A stretch of 63,449 nt of DNA, the filler included, from Chiloscyllium plagiosum (lineage: Eukaryota), in NCBI RefSeq assembly GCF_004010195.1. It is 4 parts of one record of this genome, joined end to end, with 100 filler letters (N's around TTAATTAATTAA, not from the genome) between each part and the next. Parts side by side here need not be neighbours in the genome. Positions count along the whole stretch, not along the records: positions 19,012 to 47,836 come from NC_057711.1; 3 more parts are not named here. One strand, written 5' to 3'. Each line of letters starts with the position of its first letter. Position 1 is the first letter of the stretch. Of this stretch, positions 24,973-37,789 are shown one piece after another. The position numbers and the translations under genes were made by a program. Below the pieces are notes generated by a model. That model worked only from the letters and a program-made list of their open reading frames with translations. It made no database searches and was not told the DNA's origin.

Positions 24973-26066
24973 GGCCCATCAGAGACTATAAAAAGGCTTA
25001 GCAACTCTGGTGCAGTACTTTCCTAATATATTTTGTACTGATCTATGACCATTTAGGGATTTCTGTTTGACGACTTTCTTCCTCAGTCTCTACAGTCCCT
25101 AGCTTTCATTTGAATACATTCTGATCTATCTTGCATTGGTTCACATTCACACATCACATTTGCACAGTGAACTCCATCCACTATCAATCTGGATATAGAA
25201 TATTTCACACCAATGATACATACACAGATCAGGGGAAACAAAGAAATCCAAAGAGGTAATTAACAGACAGTCAAGTAATAACACACATCATACAACATTA
25301 CCAAAAGTTAAAATAACTCCTGAAGCCACATTCAACAAAGTTCCCTTCTTAATAACGCCTTCTACAATCAATGTACTGAACAAAAACACTGTCTTGACAT
25401 GTACAGAATGCATCCTGTGACATACTGATAGACTGGTGAAATTTGAACAACTATAGCTTTGCAGGAAACAACACTGCCAGATGAAACATAAGGGAATAAA
25501 TTGGAAGAAGTAACAGCTGTAAAATGAAATTAAAATCAATAATGAATAATTTCTGATGTGTTCTTTAAAATCAAATGTATAAAAAACTAATGGTGGAGTT
25601 TGTGTTTAAAATGATTCATCAGTCAGGTCAGTTTAATCATGCAGGTTTTCTGTTAAATTATTCTGCTTCCCACACTTTGCTCCTTGAGGAAGAAATGTTA
25701 CAGAATGATGTATCCCTTTTGCACTTCAGTGGATGCAATATTTAATCACGAAAGTCACAGGCACATTTCTTGAACCACGGCAGGTGACAAAGTTTTAATT
25801 TTATGGATGAATTAGTTAAAAAATTAATGTCTATGTTATAATTACAATAAATCTATTTTGATCAATACAGTTAAACATGCACCGATGCAGTGTAGAAACT
25901 TGGAGATTAAAATCTGTGTATGATTGAATTGAATATGGGGATTATAATTTGGAACATGCTGGTTTGCATTTTATCTCTGCATAAGAATTACAGTATTCAG
26001 CAAGTTAGCTGTTGACACTGCGGTGTTCTCCATTTAATCTTGGTGACACAACACATTGTCAACATA

Positions 26067-26240
26067 GGAGAAAGTGAGGACTGCAGATTGTGGAGATCAG
26101 TTGAGAGTGTGGTGCTAGAAAAGCACAGCTGGTCAGGCAGCATCCGAGGAGCAGGAGAATCGACATTGCAGGCTTTGTCGACTCTCATGCTCCTCAGATG
26201 CTGCCTGACCAGCTGTGCTTTTCCAGCACCACACGCTCAA
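26067..26240. mobile_element. Palindromic family A element
   Basis: Inverted halves gtggtgctagaaaagcacagctggtcaggcagcatc / gatgctgcctgaccagctgtgcttttccagcaccac. Confidence 0.75.
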
Positions 26241-26289
26241 AATTGCCACCAGAACCGATCCAAGATGTTGGTGAGTCTGTGGTATCCAT

Positions 26290-26477
26290 AAAATAAGGTC
26301 ACCACAGTGCCACTGTCTCATTAGAATAATATAGCTTAACCTGAGGGTCACCACACCTCAGGTGAGAGGTCAGGTAGGGAAGTTAGGACCATTATCTCAG
26401 CTTGTACAGGAATTGAAGCCCTCACTGATAGCATCATTCTACATCAAAGACTCAGCATCCGGCCAAACGAGCTAGCC
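26290..26477 (-). mobile_element. tRNA-derived SINE (old)
   Basis: Minus strand begins tagctcgtttggccggatg...ggcttcaattcc (A/B-box-like). Confidence 0.45.
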
Positions 26478-26499
26478 ATTGATACACTGGGTCAATAAG

Positions 26500-27625
26500 T
26501 GGGATGCTGGAAAAGCTCAGCAGGTCAGGCAGCATCCAGGAAACAGGAGAGTCGACGTTTCGGCTTTAAGTCCATCATCAGGAATGTGGAGGGAGGAGAG
26601 AGCTGAGATGTAAATAGGAGAGTGGGGGTAGGGCTGTAGGGAAGGTAGGTGGGAAGGTGATAGGTAGATGTAGATTGGAGGTAATTGTGAGAGATTGGTG
26701 TGGAAGGTGGAGCAAATAGGTAGGTAGGAAGATGGACAAGTCAAGAGGGCGGTGCAGAGTTGGATGGTTCGATTTGGGATGAGGTGGGACTAGAGAGATA
26801 TGGAAACTAGTGAAGTCAAAATGTTGATGCTGTGTGATTGTAGGGTCCCAAGGCAGAAGATTATGTGTTTTCCATGCAGTTGGTGGATGGATTTGGTGGT
26901 GGAGTAGGCCCAGGACTTGCATGTCCTTGGGGGAGTGGGAGGAGGGGTTGAAGTGGTTGGCTACAGGGTGCTAGGGTTGGTTGGTGTGTGTAGACCAGAG
27001 AAGTTCCCTGAAATGCTCAGTGAGTTGGCGTTCTGTCTCCCAATGTAGAGGAGACTGCATTGAGAGCAATGGATGCAGCAGATAAGGTGGTGGATATGCA
27101 GGAATAACTCTGCATGATTTGAAATGAGTCTTTCGGACCTTGGACTCAGGTGCGTATATGTCGCACCTGATGGGCGGCAAGGGAAGATGCTGAATGTGGA
27201 GGGTGGGTTGGTGGGGGATGTGGAATTAATGAGGGAGTTGCAGAGGGAATGATCTCTGCAGAACACAGATTGGGGAGGGAAATATATCTCGAGTGGTGGG
27301 GTGTGATTGTAGGTGGCAGAAATGGTGGAAAATAATGCACTGTATCTGGAGATTCGTGGCGTGGAAGGTGAGGACCAGGGGGTTCTATCCTTGTTGCAGT
27401 TGGGGGTTGGGGTCCAAGCGCGGAGGTGTGAGAAGTGGAGGAGATGTGCTGGAGGACATAGGAGGAGAAAATGCTGCCCTTGAAATAGGAGGCCATCTGA
27501 GATGTCTTGGAGTGTAATTTCTCCTGCTGGGATCAGATATGGTGGAGACGGAGGAATTAGATATAAGGATATTTACAGGAGAGGGTGTTGGAGGAGGTGT
27601 AGTCAAGGTAGCTATGGGAGTCCCT
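26500..27625 (-). mobile_element. Penelope-like element 3' portion (RT C-terminus, GIY-YIG endonuclease, terminal hammerhead), frameshifted
   Basis: LICCIHCSQCSLLYIG and ETERQLTEHFRE; MQVLGLLH; hammerhead attc-CTGATGA-...-GAAACGTC at about 26551-26585. Confidence 0.8.
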
Positions 27626-30600
27626 GTATGTATTAGTTCATAACGTGCTGCATGAGAATAGAATGATAGGTTGTATTATTGATTGTTTCAGTTTGCATTC
27701 ACTACTGACTACAATGTTTATGATGCAAAATCCTAAAACTTGTTTCTATTTGTCAAATTACCCATTATCAAAGTGCATGCACTAAAAACAAAATTAAAAA
27801 AAAGAAGTTGCCAGAAAAAACCCTGCAGGTTTGGCAGGATCTGTAGAGAGAAAGTAGAGTTAATGTTTTGAGACCAGTTGCCCTTCTTCAGAACCTTCAG
27901 CCTGTGCTGTAAAGTTTTGAAGGTTAATGCCTCACTCAAATGTCACGAACATCTTATCCAGGCTGAGGGCTCCGTACATTATTGAGAGACCATTGCTCTG
28001 TCAGAAACAATTGAAAGGCTCCTAGCCCTGAATGAGTGCCTCCAATGCACCCTGACTGGTGTACGTCAAATTCATGGACTGATTGCATTTGACCTGCTAT
28101 ACAGACTGTGGCCAAATCCCTTGCACTGCAAACAGACTCTGGTAAAACCATGTGCCAGACTAATCATGGACTGAGATTGGAAGAGCTGTGTTACAGATTG
28201 TGACAGCACACCTAGACTTACCAAACTCCCCCTTCACTTCACTAAGGACAGGTCCCTTTTTACTTTCAGGCGTGGCAATTTGCTTTCAGCGTATGCAGTG
28301 AATTAGCCCTGTACGGTGCAAGAAAAAGCTGTGAGCATGATATTGATGTGACATTATGCCATTCAGCACTCCCTTTACTGTTCAGTTTGCTGAACAGTGA
28401 CACGTTGCTTGCCTCTCCCACTGCACTGACAAGCAATGTGCGTTTTGGGGCTGACAGCCCATGAGTTGGAATGAAGGGCCTATGCACTAAATAGCAATGC
28501 ACACCAGAGAGGCTTGCAGCCTCCTAGTCAGTGCGAAATGAATGACTGCCAAGGAAGTAGGTTATGAGCCATAAGATGCATTGTGTGTAGATGCATGAAA
28601 TGCATGAGTGCTCCTGTGGCCAAAGTGAACTTGAGGAATCACACAAGGCACTGTGTTCCTGAGCTCCAGAATGAAGCGGTGTGTGTTGTTCTGAAAGCAG
28701 CCAAGGTGATGTGGTGAGGACGGTGGTTTGTTGATGCCCAGTCTTATGGAGAATAATTGCAAGAGGTTCTTTTACTTATATTCTCTTGTGGGATGTGAGT
28801 GCTCATCCCTGACTGCCCTTGAACTGAGTACTCAGCCATTTCAGCAAGTTAAAATCTTTGCTGTGGATGTGGAGTCACATGTAAGCCAGACACCGGAATT
28901 CCTCCTTTAACAGTCAGTAGTGGACTAGACAGGTTTTTTGTTAACATCTAAAAGTGTTATCACACACAAATGGTTTTCCCACCACCAAATCACTCTGACT
29001 TTTTGTTTATTTTAACTAGCTACTACCGTCAGTAAAATAACACGTGCAGCTAGTTGGATGTTCACATGCAAAGCTTGTGAAGGGCAGTGCAAACCATCAA
29101 AGGTAAGGGAGAAATAGAGAGAATGGGTAGGGCTAAATCAAAGAAATAAAGCATGATCTCCCCCGCAGTGCCCACCCAGGCAATCCTTTTTATAACAATG
29201 GGTTTATGGTCATCTGCTGCCCGTGGTGGGCTTTGAAACCAAGTCTCCAGAAGGTTAGACTGGGCCTCTGGCTTGTTGACAATGTCATCACCTCCCAATG
29301 TCTGTCCGTCCTGAAGATAAATAGTGATGACAGAAGAGCACATGATGATCTGCTGCTGCTGACTTTCATGTCAGGTGTTAGTGCTGTCTCGTTTCTCAGG
29401 GCAGGTGGGAGAATTGGAAGTTGCATAGAAATGATGTGGGATTTAACTGGTAATAAGACGTAAGAGCACGGAAGTGACATATCTGCTGCTCATTAGCGAG
29501 ATTCAGAACTCACTGTTGGAAACCCTGAGGGGAAATTTGGAATTTATGTTCTTGAAGTTGGGAATGTGACATTTTCATTTTCACAATATCCTACCAACCT
29601 TGTTGCCATTGTCTGCCCTGTTCAAGGCAATTCCACCCGAATTGCAAATTTGGGATTTACGCAAATAATAGAATGTTAGATGTGGCTGTGAGTATACTCC
29701 CATCAGAAATTGAGCTTCTTGAACGCCAGAAAGGTATCTGACATCCATCTCCAAAAGCAAGTACAAAGAGAAAGTACTGGACAATGGCAGTAAGGTACAA
29801 ATCACATTTTAATAGTCACTGCCCCTTGATATTTGAGCAAAACACATACAGTTATGAGAAGCACTTAAGGATTTAAAGGATATTTGCAGACATAAAATGA
29901 TTTGGTCAAAGTAAAATCATTCAGGAAAATTGATGTTTGAAGGACTATGGAAAGTAAGTTCGTATGCTCAAGCAAGAAGGAATTATAACCACAAGGATGG
30001 ACAACTTTTCACTTTTAAAGTATAAAAACAAAATATTATTGTTATGTAAGTATACCACCTAACATTTCATGTATCTGTCAAAATCACAAGATTGAAGTAA
30101 ACAACAAATTAGATTTGAATCGGAAAGTTTTGTGTTCAATCTTATAACAGACACAACCTAAATTTTAATTGTGAGATTTGTAAATTCATTGACCCTCTTT
30201 TCATGATGGCTGGTGGGTCTTGGGTTACAGCATGGTCTTTTATCATGAGTCTTGCTGTGAATCTTCCTTTCAAGTCTTCACAGAATCTTCACTAAGTCTT
30301 TATTGTATCTTTACCGAGAAACTAGCTTCCAGGTCTGTGTGTTTTTAAACCCCTTTGCAGTGGACCAGAATGTTCTGTGGCCTTTGGCCAATAGGGTCAA
30401 TAAGCTTTAAATGACCCAATGGGGCCACACCAACCATTCACTGTTGCCATGCCAGGAGATGTAAAGTGCACGAACCCAGGCAGTCAAGATGCCAGAATGT
30501 CTGATCAAAATTCTTCCAAAACACAACACTTGGGCCAGTTGTAACTGATGCCTCTTGATCCTTTGTCAGCTCTTTGATCTTTGTTCCCACTGTTGTCAGT

Positions 30601-30907
30601 AGGTGACAGGTGTAGGTTACTATTTAATTTAGTTTGGCCAATTTGGTCAGGCCTGATTTCTCCAGGTGTGGGTCAATTTAGAATGTCCAATTTTGGGCAC
30701 ATAATTGTTTGGTCACATGAATGATTAAGAGCTTCTACTTTATGGCTCTTTTTGATCATTTTTTAATTGCATATAAACAAAAAGATATCGGAGGAGATGT
30801 GAATCAGGTGTTACTGAATTTATCCTCTCGTATGTTATAGTCTTGACAATTAGATGTGTTATTGTCTGGGGTGAGTCCAGAGTACACTGGCTATAAATTA
30901 GAATTTA

Positions 30908-31134
30908 CAGCTCGTTCTGCTACAACGTGACAGTTGCATCCCTAGCAACCGCGTGCTATAGAAAATCGCACTATGGAAAACCACTATAGAAAATCGTGCT
31001 TTGGAAGATTAGTATAGAAAATCACTATGCCCATTCAGTAGAAAGTTCGCATTATCCAAATAAAACCCACAATTTGTCAATCGTGTTATAGCCAATTTCT
31101 ATTAAAGAAATGTACGTTATACCAGAATGATCTA
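30908..31134. mobile_element. Tc1/mariner-type MITE
   Basis: Imperfect TIRs cagctcgttctgctacaacg / cgttataccagaatgatcta flanked by TA (30906-7, 31135-6); internal ctatagaaaatc subrepeats. Confidence 0.7.
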
Positions 31135-31743
31135 TACCCTTTGAGGACTGTGATGAGGATACTCTTTTTTTCCCTCTCAGATAATTGTGGGACCTTGGAA
31201 TTCACTGCATCAGAAGATGTATGAAGTTGGATTATCTAAAAATTTTAAGGTCGAGGTCAATAACTCCTTGTTGGGCAAGCAAATCAAAGATAATTGGGGG
31301 ACGATGAGAATGTGGAATTCAATAAGTAAGCAGATCATCAATGATCTCATTAAATGGCAGAGTAGGTTGAAGGGCCAAATTATCTATTTTTTTTCAATTT
31401 GTATGTTTGTTTGTTTTTTGCTGAGAAGTCTGGATCTTCGATGATACTATGGAAGGACTTCAAAACTTGTCAATGGCCAATTTGATAGCATGTACACTGT
31501 TCTAAAACACCCTTTCTAACTTTCAATAATTTTGAAACATACTTCCATTTGAGTAGTATTCTGGATGTATCAGTTTATCTTCTTACACATAGTCGATAAA
31601 GTAAAAGGTTGGAACATGATATAAAACACAATTTGGACTCATTGATCTGATGTTGGTGTATGGGCGCTGGTGCTTAATGGAACATTCTTTTTACATGTCA
31701 ATGTGAGATTCCATTGCCTTGCCAAATAATCCTAAACTTTTAA

Positions 31744-31955
31744 CAAAAACAGAAATTGCTGGTGAAACTCAGCAGGTCTAGCTGCATCTGCAGGAGGAAA
31801 GCGATGCTAACATTTCAAGTCTGATGACTCTTCATCAGAATTCAGAGTCACCAGACTCGAAATGTTAACTCTGCTTTCTTCTCACAGTTTCTACTGAGTT
31901 TTCAAGCAATATCTGTTTTGTTTCAGATCTCCAGCATCTGCAGTTCTTTGTTTTG
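31744..31955. mobile_element. Palindromic Penelope-derived element family D
   Basis: aaaacagaaattgctggtgaaactcagcagg / ctgagttttcaagcaatatctgtttt; minus-strand CTGATGA-A-GAGTC..GACTT-GAAA-TG-TT at 31806-31841. Confidence 0.7.
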
Positions 31956-32044
31956 TGTTAACTGTAAAATATTACTTTTTTGATACAATAGAATGTTTTG
32001 TAAAAGGTTATGCAGTTTCCACAAATTTAGCTAATTAACAAATT

Positions 32045-33745
32045 AGAACAACAAAAAAGAACAAAGAAAATTTACATCCCAGGAACAGGCCCTTCGGCCC
32101 TCCAAGCCTGAGCCAATCCAAATGTACTGTCTAAACCTGTTGGTCAATTCCTAAGCATCTGTATCCCTCTGCTCCCCACCTACTCATGCATCTGTCCAGA
32201 CGCATCTTAAATGAATCTACTGTGCCCGCCTCTACCACCTCTGCTGGCAACGTGTTCCAAATGCCCATCACCCTCTGTGTGAAGTACTTGCCGCGTGCAT
32301 CCCCCTTTAACTTCCCACCTCTCATCTTGAAAGCATGACCTCTGGTTATTGAATCCTTCACCCTGGGAAAAAGCTTGTCTCTATCCAACCTGTCTATACT
32401 CTTCATAGTTTTGTAAGTCTCAATCAGGTCCCCCCTCAATCTCCTTTTTTCTAGTGAAAATAAACCTAACCTACTCAACCTCTCTTCATAGCTAGCACCT
32501 TCCATACCAGGCAACATCCTCGCAAACCTTCTCTGCACCCTCTCCAAAGCGTCCACATCCTTTTGGTAGTGTGGCGCCCAGAACTGTACACAGTATTCTA
32601 AATGCGGCCAAATCAATGTCTTGTACAATTTTAACATGACTTGCCAGCTCTTATACTCAAGATGCCGTCCAATGAAAGCAAGCACACTATAAGCCTTCTT
32701 GACCACTCTATCCACCTGTGCAGCAACCTTCAGGGTACAATGGACCTGCACTCCCAGATCTCTCTGCCCATCAACTTTTCCCAAGGCTCTTCCATTCATT
32801 GTATAATTTGCTCTTTAATTAGTCTTGCCTAAATGCATTACCTCACATTTGTCTGGATTGAAAACCATCTGCCACTTTTCCGCCCAACTCTCCAGTCTAT
32901 CTATATCCTCGTGTATTCTCTGATAGTCCCTTATGCTTTCTGCTACTCCACCAATCTTTTGTCATCTGCAAACTTGCTGATCATACCAACAGTGCCCTCT
33001 TATAGGTCATTTATGTATATTACAAACAATAGTGGCCCCAGCACTGACCCCTGTGGAGCACCACTGGTCACCTTTCTCTATTTCGAGAAACTCCCTTCAA
33101 CTACTACTCAGCTTTGGCAAAGGGTTAGTTAGACTTGAAACGTCAGCTCTTTTCTCTCCTTACAGATACTGCCAGACCTGCTGAGATTTTCCAGTATTTT
33201 CTCTTTTGGTTACTACTCTCTGTCTCCTGTTACTCAACCAGTTCTTTATCCACGTAGCTAGAACACCCTGCACACCATGTGACTTCACTTTTTCCATTAG
33301 TCTACAATGGGGAACCTTATCAAATGCCTTACTAAAGTCCATGTATATGACATCAACAGCCCTTCCATCATCTAACAACTTGGTCACTTCCTCAAAGAAC
33401 TCTATCAAGTTGGTAAGGCACGATCTCCTCCGCACAAAACCATGTTGCCCATCACCGATAAGCTCATTCCTTTCCAAGTATAAATAGGTCCTATCTCTCA
33501 GTACCTTCTCCAGCAACTTCCCCACCACCGACGTCAGGCTCACTGGTCTGTAGTTACCCGGAATATCCCTACTACCCTTCTTGTACAGGGGGACAACATG
33601 AACAACCTTCCAGTCCTCCAGTCACCTGCATTTATGGATGTCACAAAGATATCTGTCAGGGCCCCAGCTATTTCTTCTCTCGCCTCCCTCAGTAACCTGG
33701 GATAGATCCCATCCAGACCTGGGGATTTGTCCACCTTAATAACCT
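32045..33745 (-). mobile_element. CR1 LINE, 5'-truncated, RT and C-terminal domain (pseudogenised)
   Basis: SLTSVVGKLLE, QHGF...SCLTNL, YMDFSKAFDKVPH, GAPQGSVLGPLLF, KFADD, HLEYCVQFW, FTQRV; interrupted at 33110-33210. Confidence 0.92.
33110..33210 (+). mobile_element. 101-bp family D-like insertion in CR1 RT
   Basis: TSD TACTACTC at 33102-33109 and 33211-33218; begins at a decayed hammerhead agct...GAAACGTC-agct. Confidence 0.75.
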
Positions 33746-33839
33746 TATTAAAAAGTTAATTCTATAAGTGGTGCAAATGCATTTTTGCCCACGTATCATA
33801 CTGTGCTATTGGATTGTCCATTTACGCTGATGTAGATAT

Positions 33840-34146
33840 TAGATTACATTACAGTGTGGAAACAGGCCCTTCGGCCCAACAAGTCCACACAGACCCGCCG
33901 AAGCGCAACCCACCCATACCCCTACATTTACTCCTTACCTAACACTATGGGCAATTTAGCATGGCCAATTCACCTGACCTGCACATCTTTGGACTGTGGG
34001 AGGAAACCGGAGCATCCGGAGGAAACCCACGCAGACACGGGGAGAACGTACAAACTCCACACAGTCAGTCGCCTGAGGCTGGAATTGAACCCGGGTCTCT
34101 GGCGCTGTGAGGCAGCAGTGCTAACCACTGTGCCACCTTGCCGCCC
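33840..34146 (-). mobile_element. HE1-type SINE, young and full length
   Basis: Near-identical reverse complement of 17804-18108. Confidence 0.9.
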
Positions 34147-34913
34147 ACTGAAGACACACTGCATCAACTCAGACAACCTTATATGCTAGCCATTAACTCA
34201 ACAGATTTATTTCCCTGACAGATCTTCGTCTGGCAACTCAGAACCTTTACAATGACATTAATTTATTTTGATGGACACAGTGCCAAAAATAGTCAATCTT
34301 GGACACTCGAACACATACAACTATACTATAGCCAGTGCAGAGAATCAGATAAATACTTGATATTTTCTGTAGATTTGTGTGTCCTTGCTCATCCTGCTGA
34401 TATACACTAAAGCGAGATCCAAAGGAGCAGATTGCTGCAGCGTTGGGATGACTCAGATTAATTTTAAAAATGATGGGTGGGACCCAATGACCCATCTCAA
34501 TTTTTAAAATACAATTTCAAAGGATATGCCCAACGTTGGCTGGTCTAGCACTTTTTAAATTTGATTTGATTTATTACAGTCATGTGTACTGAGTACAGTG
34601 AAAAGTGCCTTACCTGCTTTACAGGCATATTGTACTGTACAAGTGCATTAGGATAATAGAACAGAGTGTAGGATACAATGTTACAGCTGCTGAGAAGGTG
34701 CAGAGAGAGATCAACATTAACATTAAAGAGGTTCTTTTAAAAATCTGATTACAATGAGGAAGAAGCTGTTCTTGAGTCTGTTCAAACTTTTATTTTCTGT
34801 CTGATGGAAAAAAAATTATAATTTGGGTGGAAGGGATCTTTCATTATGTTGGTTGCTTTCCTAATGCAATGGGAAATAAAAATGAAGTCAGTGGATGAGA
34901 GGCTGGTTTGTGT

Positions 34914-36130
34914 TGTCACAAAGCTGATCCTTTTTTCGAAAAGCTGTTCCTTTTCTCAAGGATACTGTGTCCCTTTTTTTTCAGAGGGATCATAAAAAGC
35001 CCCCAGCTCTGATTAGACTGGTTTGGTACAGAGATTAAAGTGTATTGGGAGGCCTTTTTGTTTATATGTAAACAGATGAGGCTTTAGGCCAATGCTTTTA
35101 TGTTTTTAGAAGTAACCTGTATAACCAGCAGAGTTCAGACCCGAACAGGACAAACAGTACAGACTACAGATTCCCTGTGGCGCAAAATTTCAACTCCTCC
35201 TCCCACTCTGCTGAGGACATGGAGGTCCTGGGCCTCCTTCACCGCCGCTCCCTCACCACCAGACACTTGGAGGAAGAACGCCTCATCTTCTGCCTTGGAA
35301 CACTTCAACCCCAGGGCATCAATGTGGACTTCAACAGTTTCCTTATTTCCCCTTCCCCCACCTCACCCTAGTTCCAAACTTCCAGCTCAGCACTGTCCCC
35401 ATGACTTGTCCTACCTGCCTATCTTCTTTTCCACCTATCCACTCCACCCTCCTCCCTGACCTATCACCTTCATCTCCTCCCCCACTCACCTATTGTACTC
35501 TATGCTACTTTCTCCCCACCCCCACCCTCTAGCTTATCTGTCCACCCTTCAGGCTCTCTGCCTTTATTCCTGATGGAGGGCTTTTGCCCGAAACGTTGAT
35601 TTTACTGCTCCTCAGATGCTGCCTGAACTGCTGTGCTCTTCCAGCACCACTAATCCAGAATCCGGTTTCCAGCATCTGCGGTCATTGTTTTTACCAGTAA
35701 CCGGTATAAGTCAAGGGGGTGTGGCCAGCTCTCTAGTTGAGCAGTTCAGTCCAGAACTAGTTAGGGAGTTCAGCTGTGGGCTGTGAGGAAACAGGCTGCT
35801 AGACTGTCTCTCCTTCTGCCCTTATAACTTCAACCTGTAAACCTTTTTTACTGTGTTTAAGGGGTTTGCTTATTGGGACTGTTTTGTATATGCGGAATAG
35901 CGTAAGTCAAGTTTGGATATACTGAGTTCTGTAGGGGTTCTTTATTCTATTCTTTATGTTTCATTGTGTAATTTTGTGAATAATTTTTTGTCTGGTTTAA
36001 AACCTGGTAGTCAACCTAGTTAACTTATTCTGGGTAATTTTCACTGTACACTTACCAAAACCAATTGCAAAGTTATGGTCTGGGCTGCCTGCTTAAGAAT
36101 GCTTTGAGTGGCCTGGCCTAGTCCATAACA
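34914..36130. mobile_element. Solo LTR (Gypsy/ERV-like)
   Basis: TGTCAC...ATAACA ends, 4-bp TSD GTGT (34910-34913, 36131-36134). Confidence 0.75.
35125..35695 (+). mobile_element. Penelope-like element 3' end (GIY-YIG C-terminus + family A terminus) inserted in the LTR
   Basis: ORF 35177..35371 MEVLGLLH...LEEERLIFCLGTLQPQGINVDF; hammerhead variant CTGATGG..GGGCTTTTGCCC-GAAACGTT at 35570; TSD agtaacc(t/g)gtataa 35111-35124 / 35696-35709. Confidence 0.85.
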
Positions 36131-36809
36131 GTGTGATGGACTGGGCTGTGCTCATGACTCTCTGTAGTTTGTTTTGGTCTTGGGAACAACAGTTCCATAC
36201 CACGCTATGATGCATACAGGTAGGATGCTTTCTATGGTGCATCTATAAACGTTGGTAAGACTCTTCATGGACATGCCAGACTTCCTAAGCTTCCTGAGGA
36301 CGTAGAGGCATTGATGTGCTTATTGACCTTCCTTAATTTCTCAGAGGTCAGTTAAGAGTCAACTGTACTACTGTGGGCCTGGAGTCACCTTTAGGCCAGA
36401 ACAGATAGAAATGGCAGAGTTCTTTCCCTAAAAGGCATTAGAATTGTTTTTTAGATTTAGACTTTGTTGAAACATCATGAGTATAGGAATACTAGAGTAC
36501 ATGAAACATGGACAAAGCTGCCATTCTCTGGTGCCATCTTAATACACAAAAGGCAGGATCGAAAACAGAAGCAGAAATAAAAGGAATAACCAAAAGAAAA
36601 GGAGACATCCAGATCACTCCCTGGCTCCGGTTACATGGTCATCATTAGACAAGCTTTTTTGTCGGGATTCTTATTGAATTCAAATTTTACCATGTCTTGT
36701 TGGGACCCAAATAGTGTTTCAAGAGCACTAGCCTGGGGCTAACCCAATGATATTACCACGACCTCATGATCTCCCCAAATTCTGATGGATCCAATGTTTA
36801 CTGGTGGAC

Positions 36810-37262
36810 AAAGGCAGCATGGATGTTACTGGGAATGGAGGGTTTGAGTTATAAAAGTAGACTGGAAGCGTTGGGACTTCTTTTCACCGGAAGGTAGGAG
36901 ATTGAGGAATGACCTTATTGAGGTTTATAAAATCATGAGGGGCATAGCTAAAGTGAATGGTAAGGGTGTTTTCTTTTGGATGGGGGACTTCAAAATCAGG
37001 GGGCATATTTTTACGGTGAGATAAGAAAGATTTAAAAAGAATATGAAGGGCAACGTTTTTGTGCAGAGAGTGTTTTGAGTATGGAATGAACTACCTGAGG
37101 AAGTGATGGATGCAGGCACAGTTACAATGTTTAAAAGATATTTGGATAAATTCACAAATGGGAGAAGTTTGGAGGGATATGGATGGAGTTCAGGCAGGTG
37201 GGACTAGTTTAGTTTGGGAACATACTCGATAGACTGAAGGGTCCACGCTGTATGACTATGAT
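36810..37262 (+). mobile_element. CR1 3' fragment
   Basis: gaccttattgaggtttataaaatcatgaggggcatag (DLIEVYKIMRG), tggaatgaactacctgagg (WNELPE). Confidence 0.75.
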
Positions 37263-37789
37263 TCCATGGCATGGTTCTCATTGGAGAAATGTAAATAAAG
37301 AATTCTTTAAAACAAATAGGTTTTTTTTTAATTTTCTTTTTAAGCTGCAGCAGCTGGTCTGTCAATCAACCAACATAGCAGAGAGGCTTTTTCTTTACAA
37401 AAGTAACAGCTGCATTCCTATTTAACGCTTGAAGAACAGAGAATTTAAAAAAAACACTTCAGATCATAATAGTTACACAGACCTAATCAACTCTTCAAAA
37501 GCGTTGACATAGTTTGTGATGTCTACATTGTAGCTTAATGCCATTGGACCAACCAAAAAGAGTTTTGTTTACACAGAATTCAAATAGCTTCACTGTTTGG
37601 ATTTTTCTCCTGTCCATTTTCATTCTCCTCCTGGCAAAAAAAAAATTGGATTTGCCAGGAATCAGGGTGGATCTCCTGTCTCTGGGTCCCACCTGCCATT
37701 TTTAAATGTCTATGTAGGCAGGGAGACCCTATGAAAATTCAGTCCCTTTCTTTGATTGTATGTCCTAAACAACATGAAGAAGAACATCT

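Larger units (their letters stand above)
34555..36325 (-). mobile_element. Rex1/Babar-like LINE 3' end split by a solo LTR
   Basis: Minus translation AHQCLYVLRKLR near 36283-36320; removing 34914-36134 rejoins ggctggtttgtgt|gatggactggg. Confidence 0.6.

Noticed and set aside
25288..25545. Strong minus-strand acceptor ttttaatttcattttacag suggesting a host exon
   Set aside because: No frame gives a recognisable protein and no convincing donor or partner exon was found
30950..31030. CRISPR-like or satellite array
   Set aside because: Short diverged subrepeats without unique spacers, inside a MITE in vertebrate DNA
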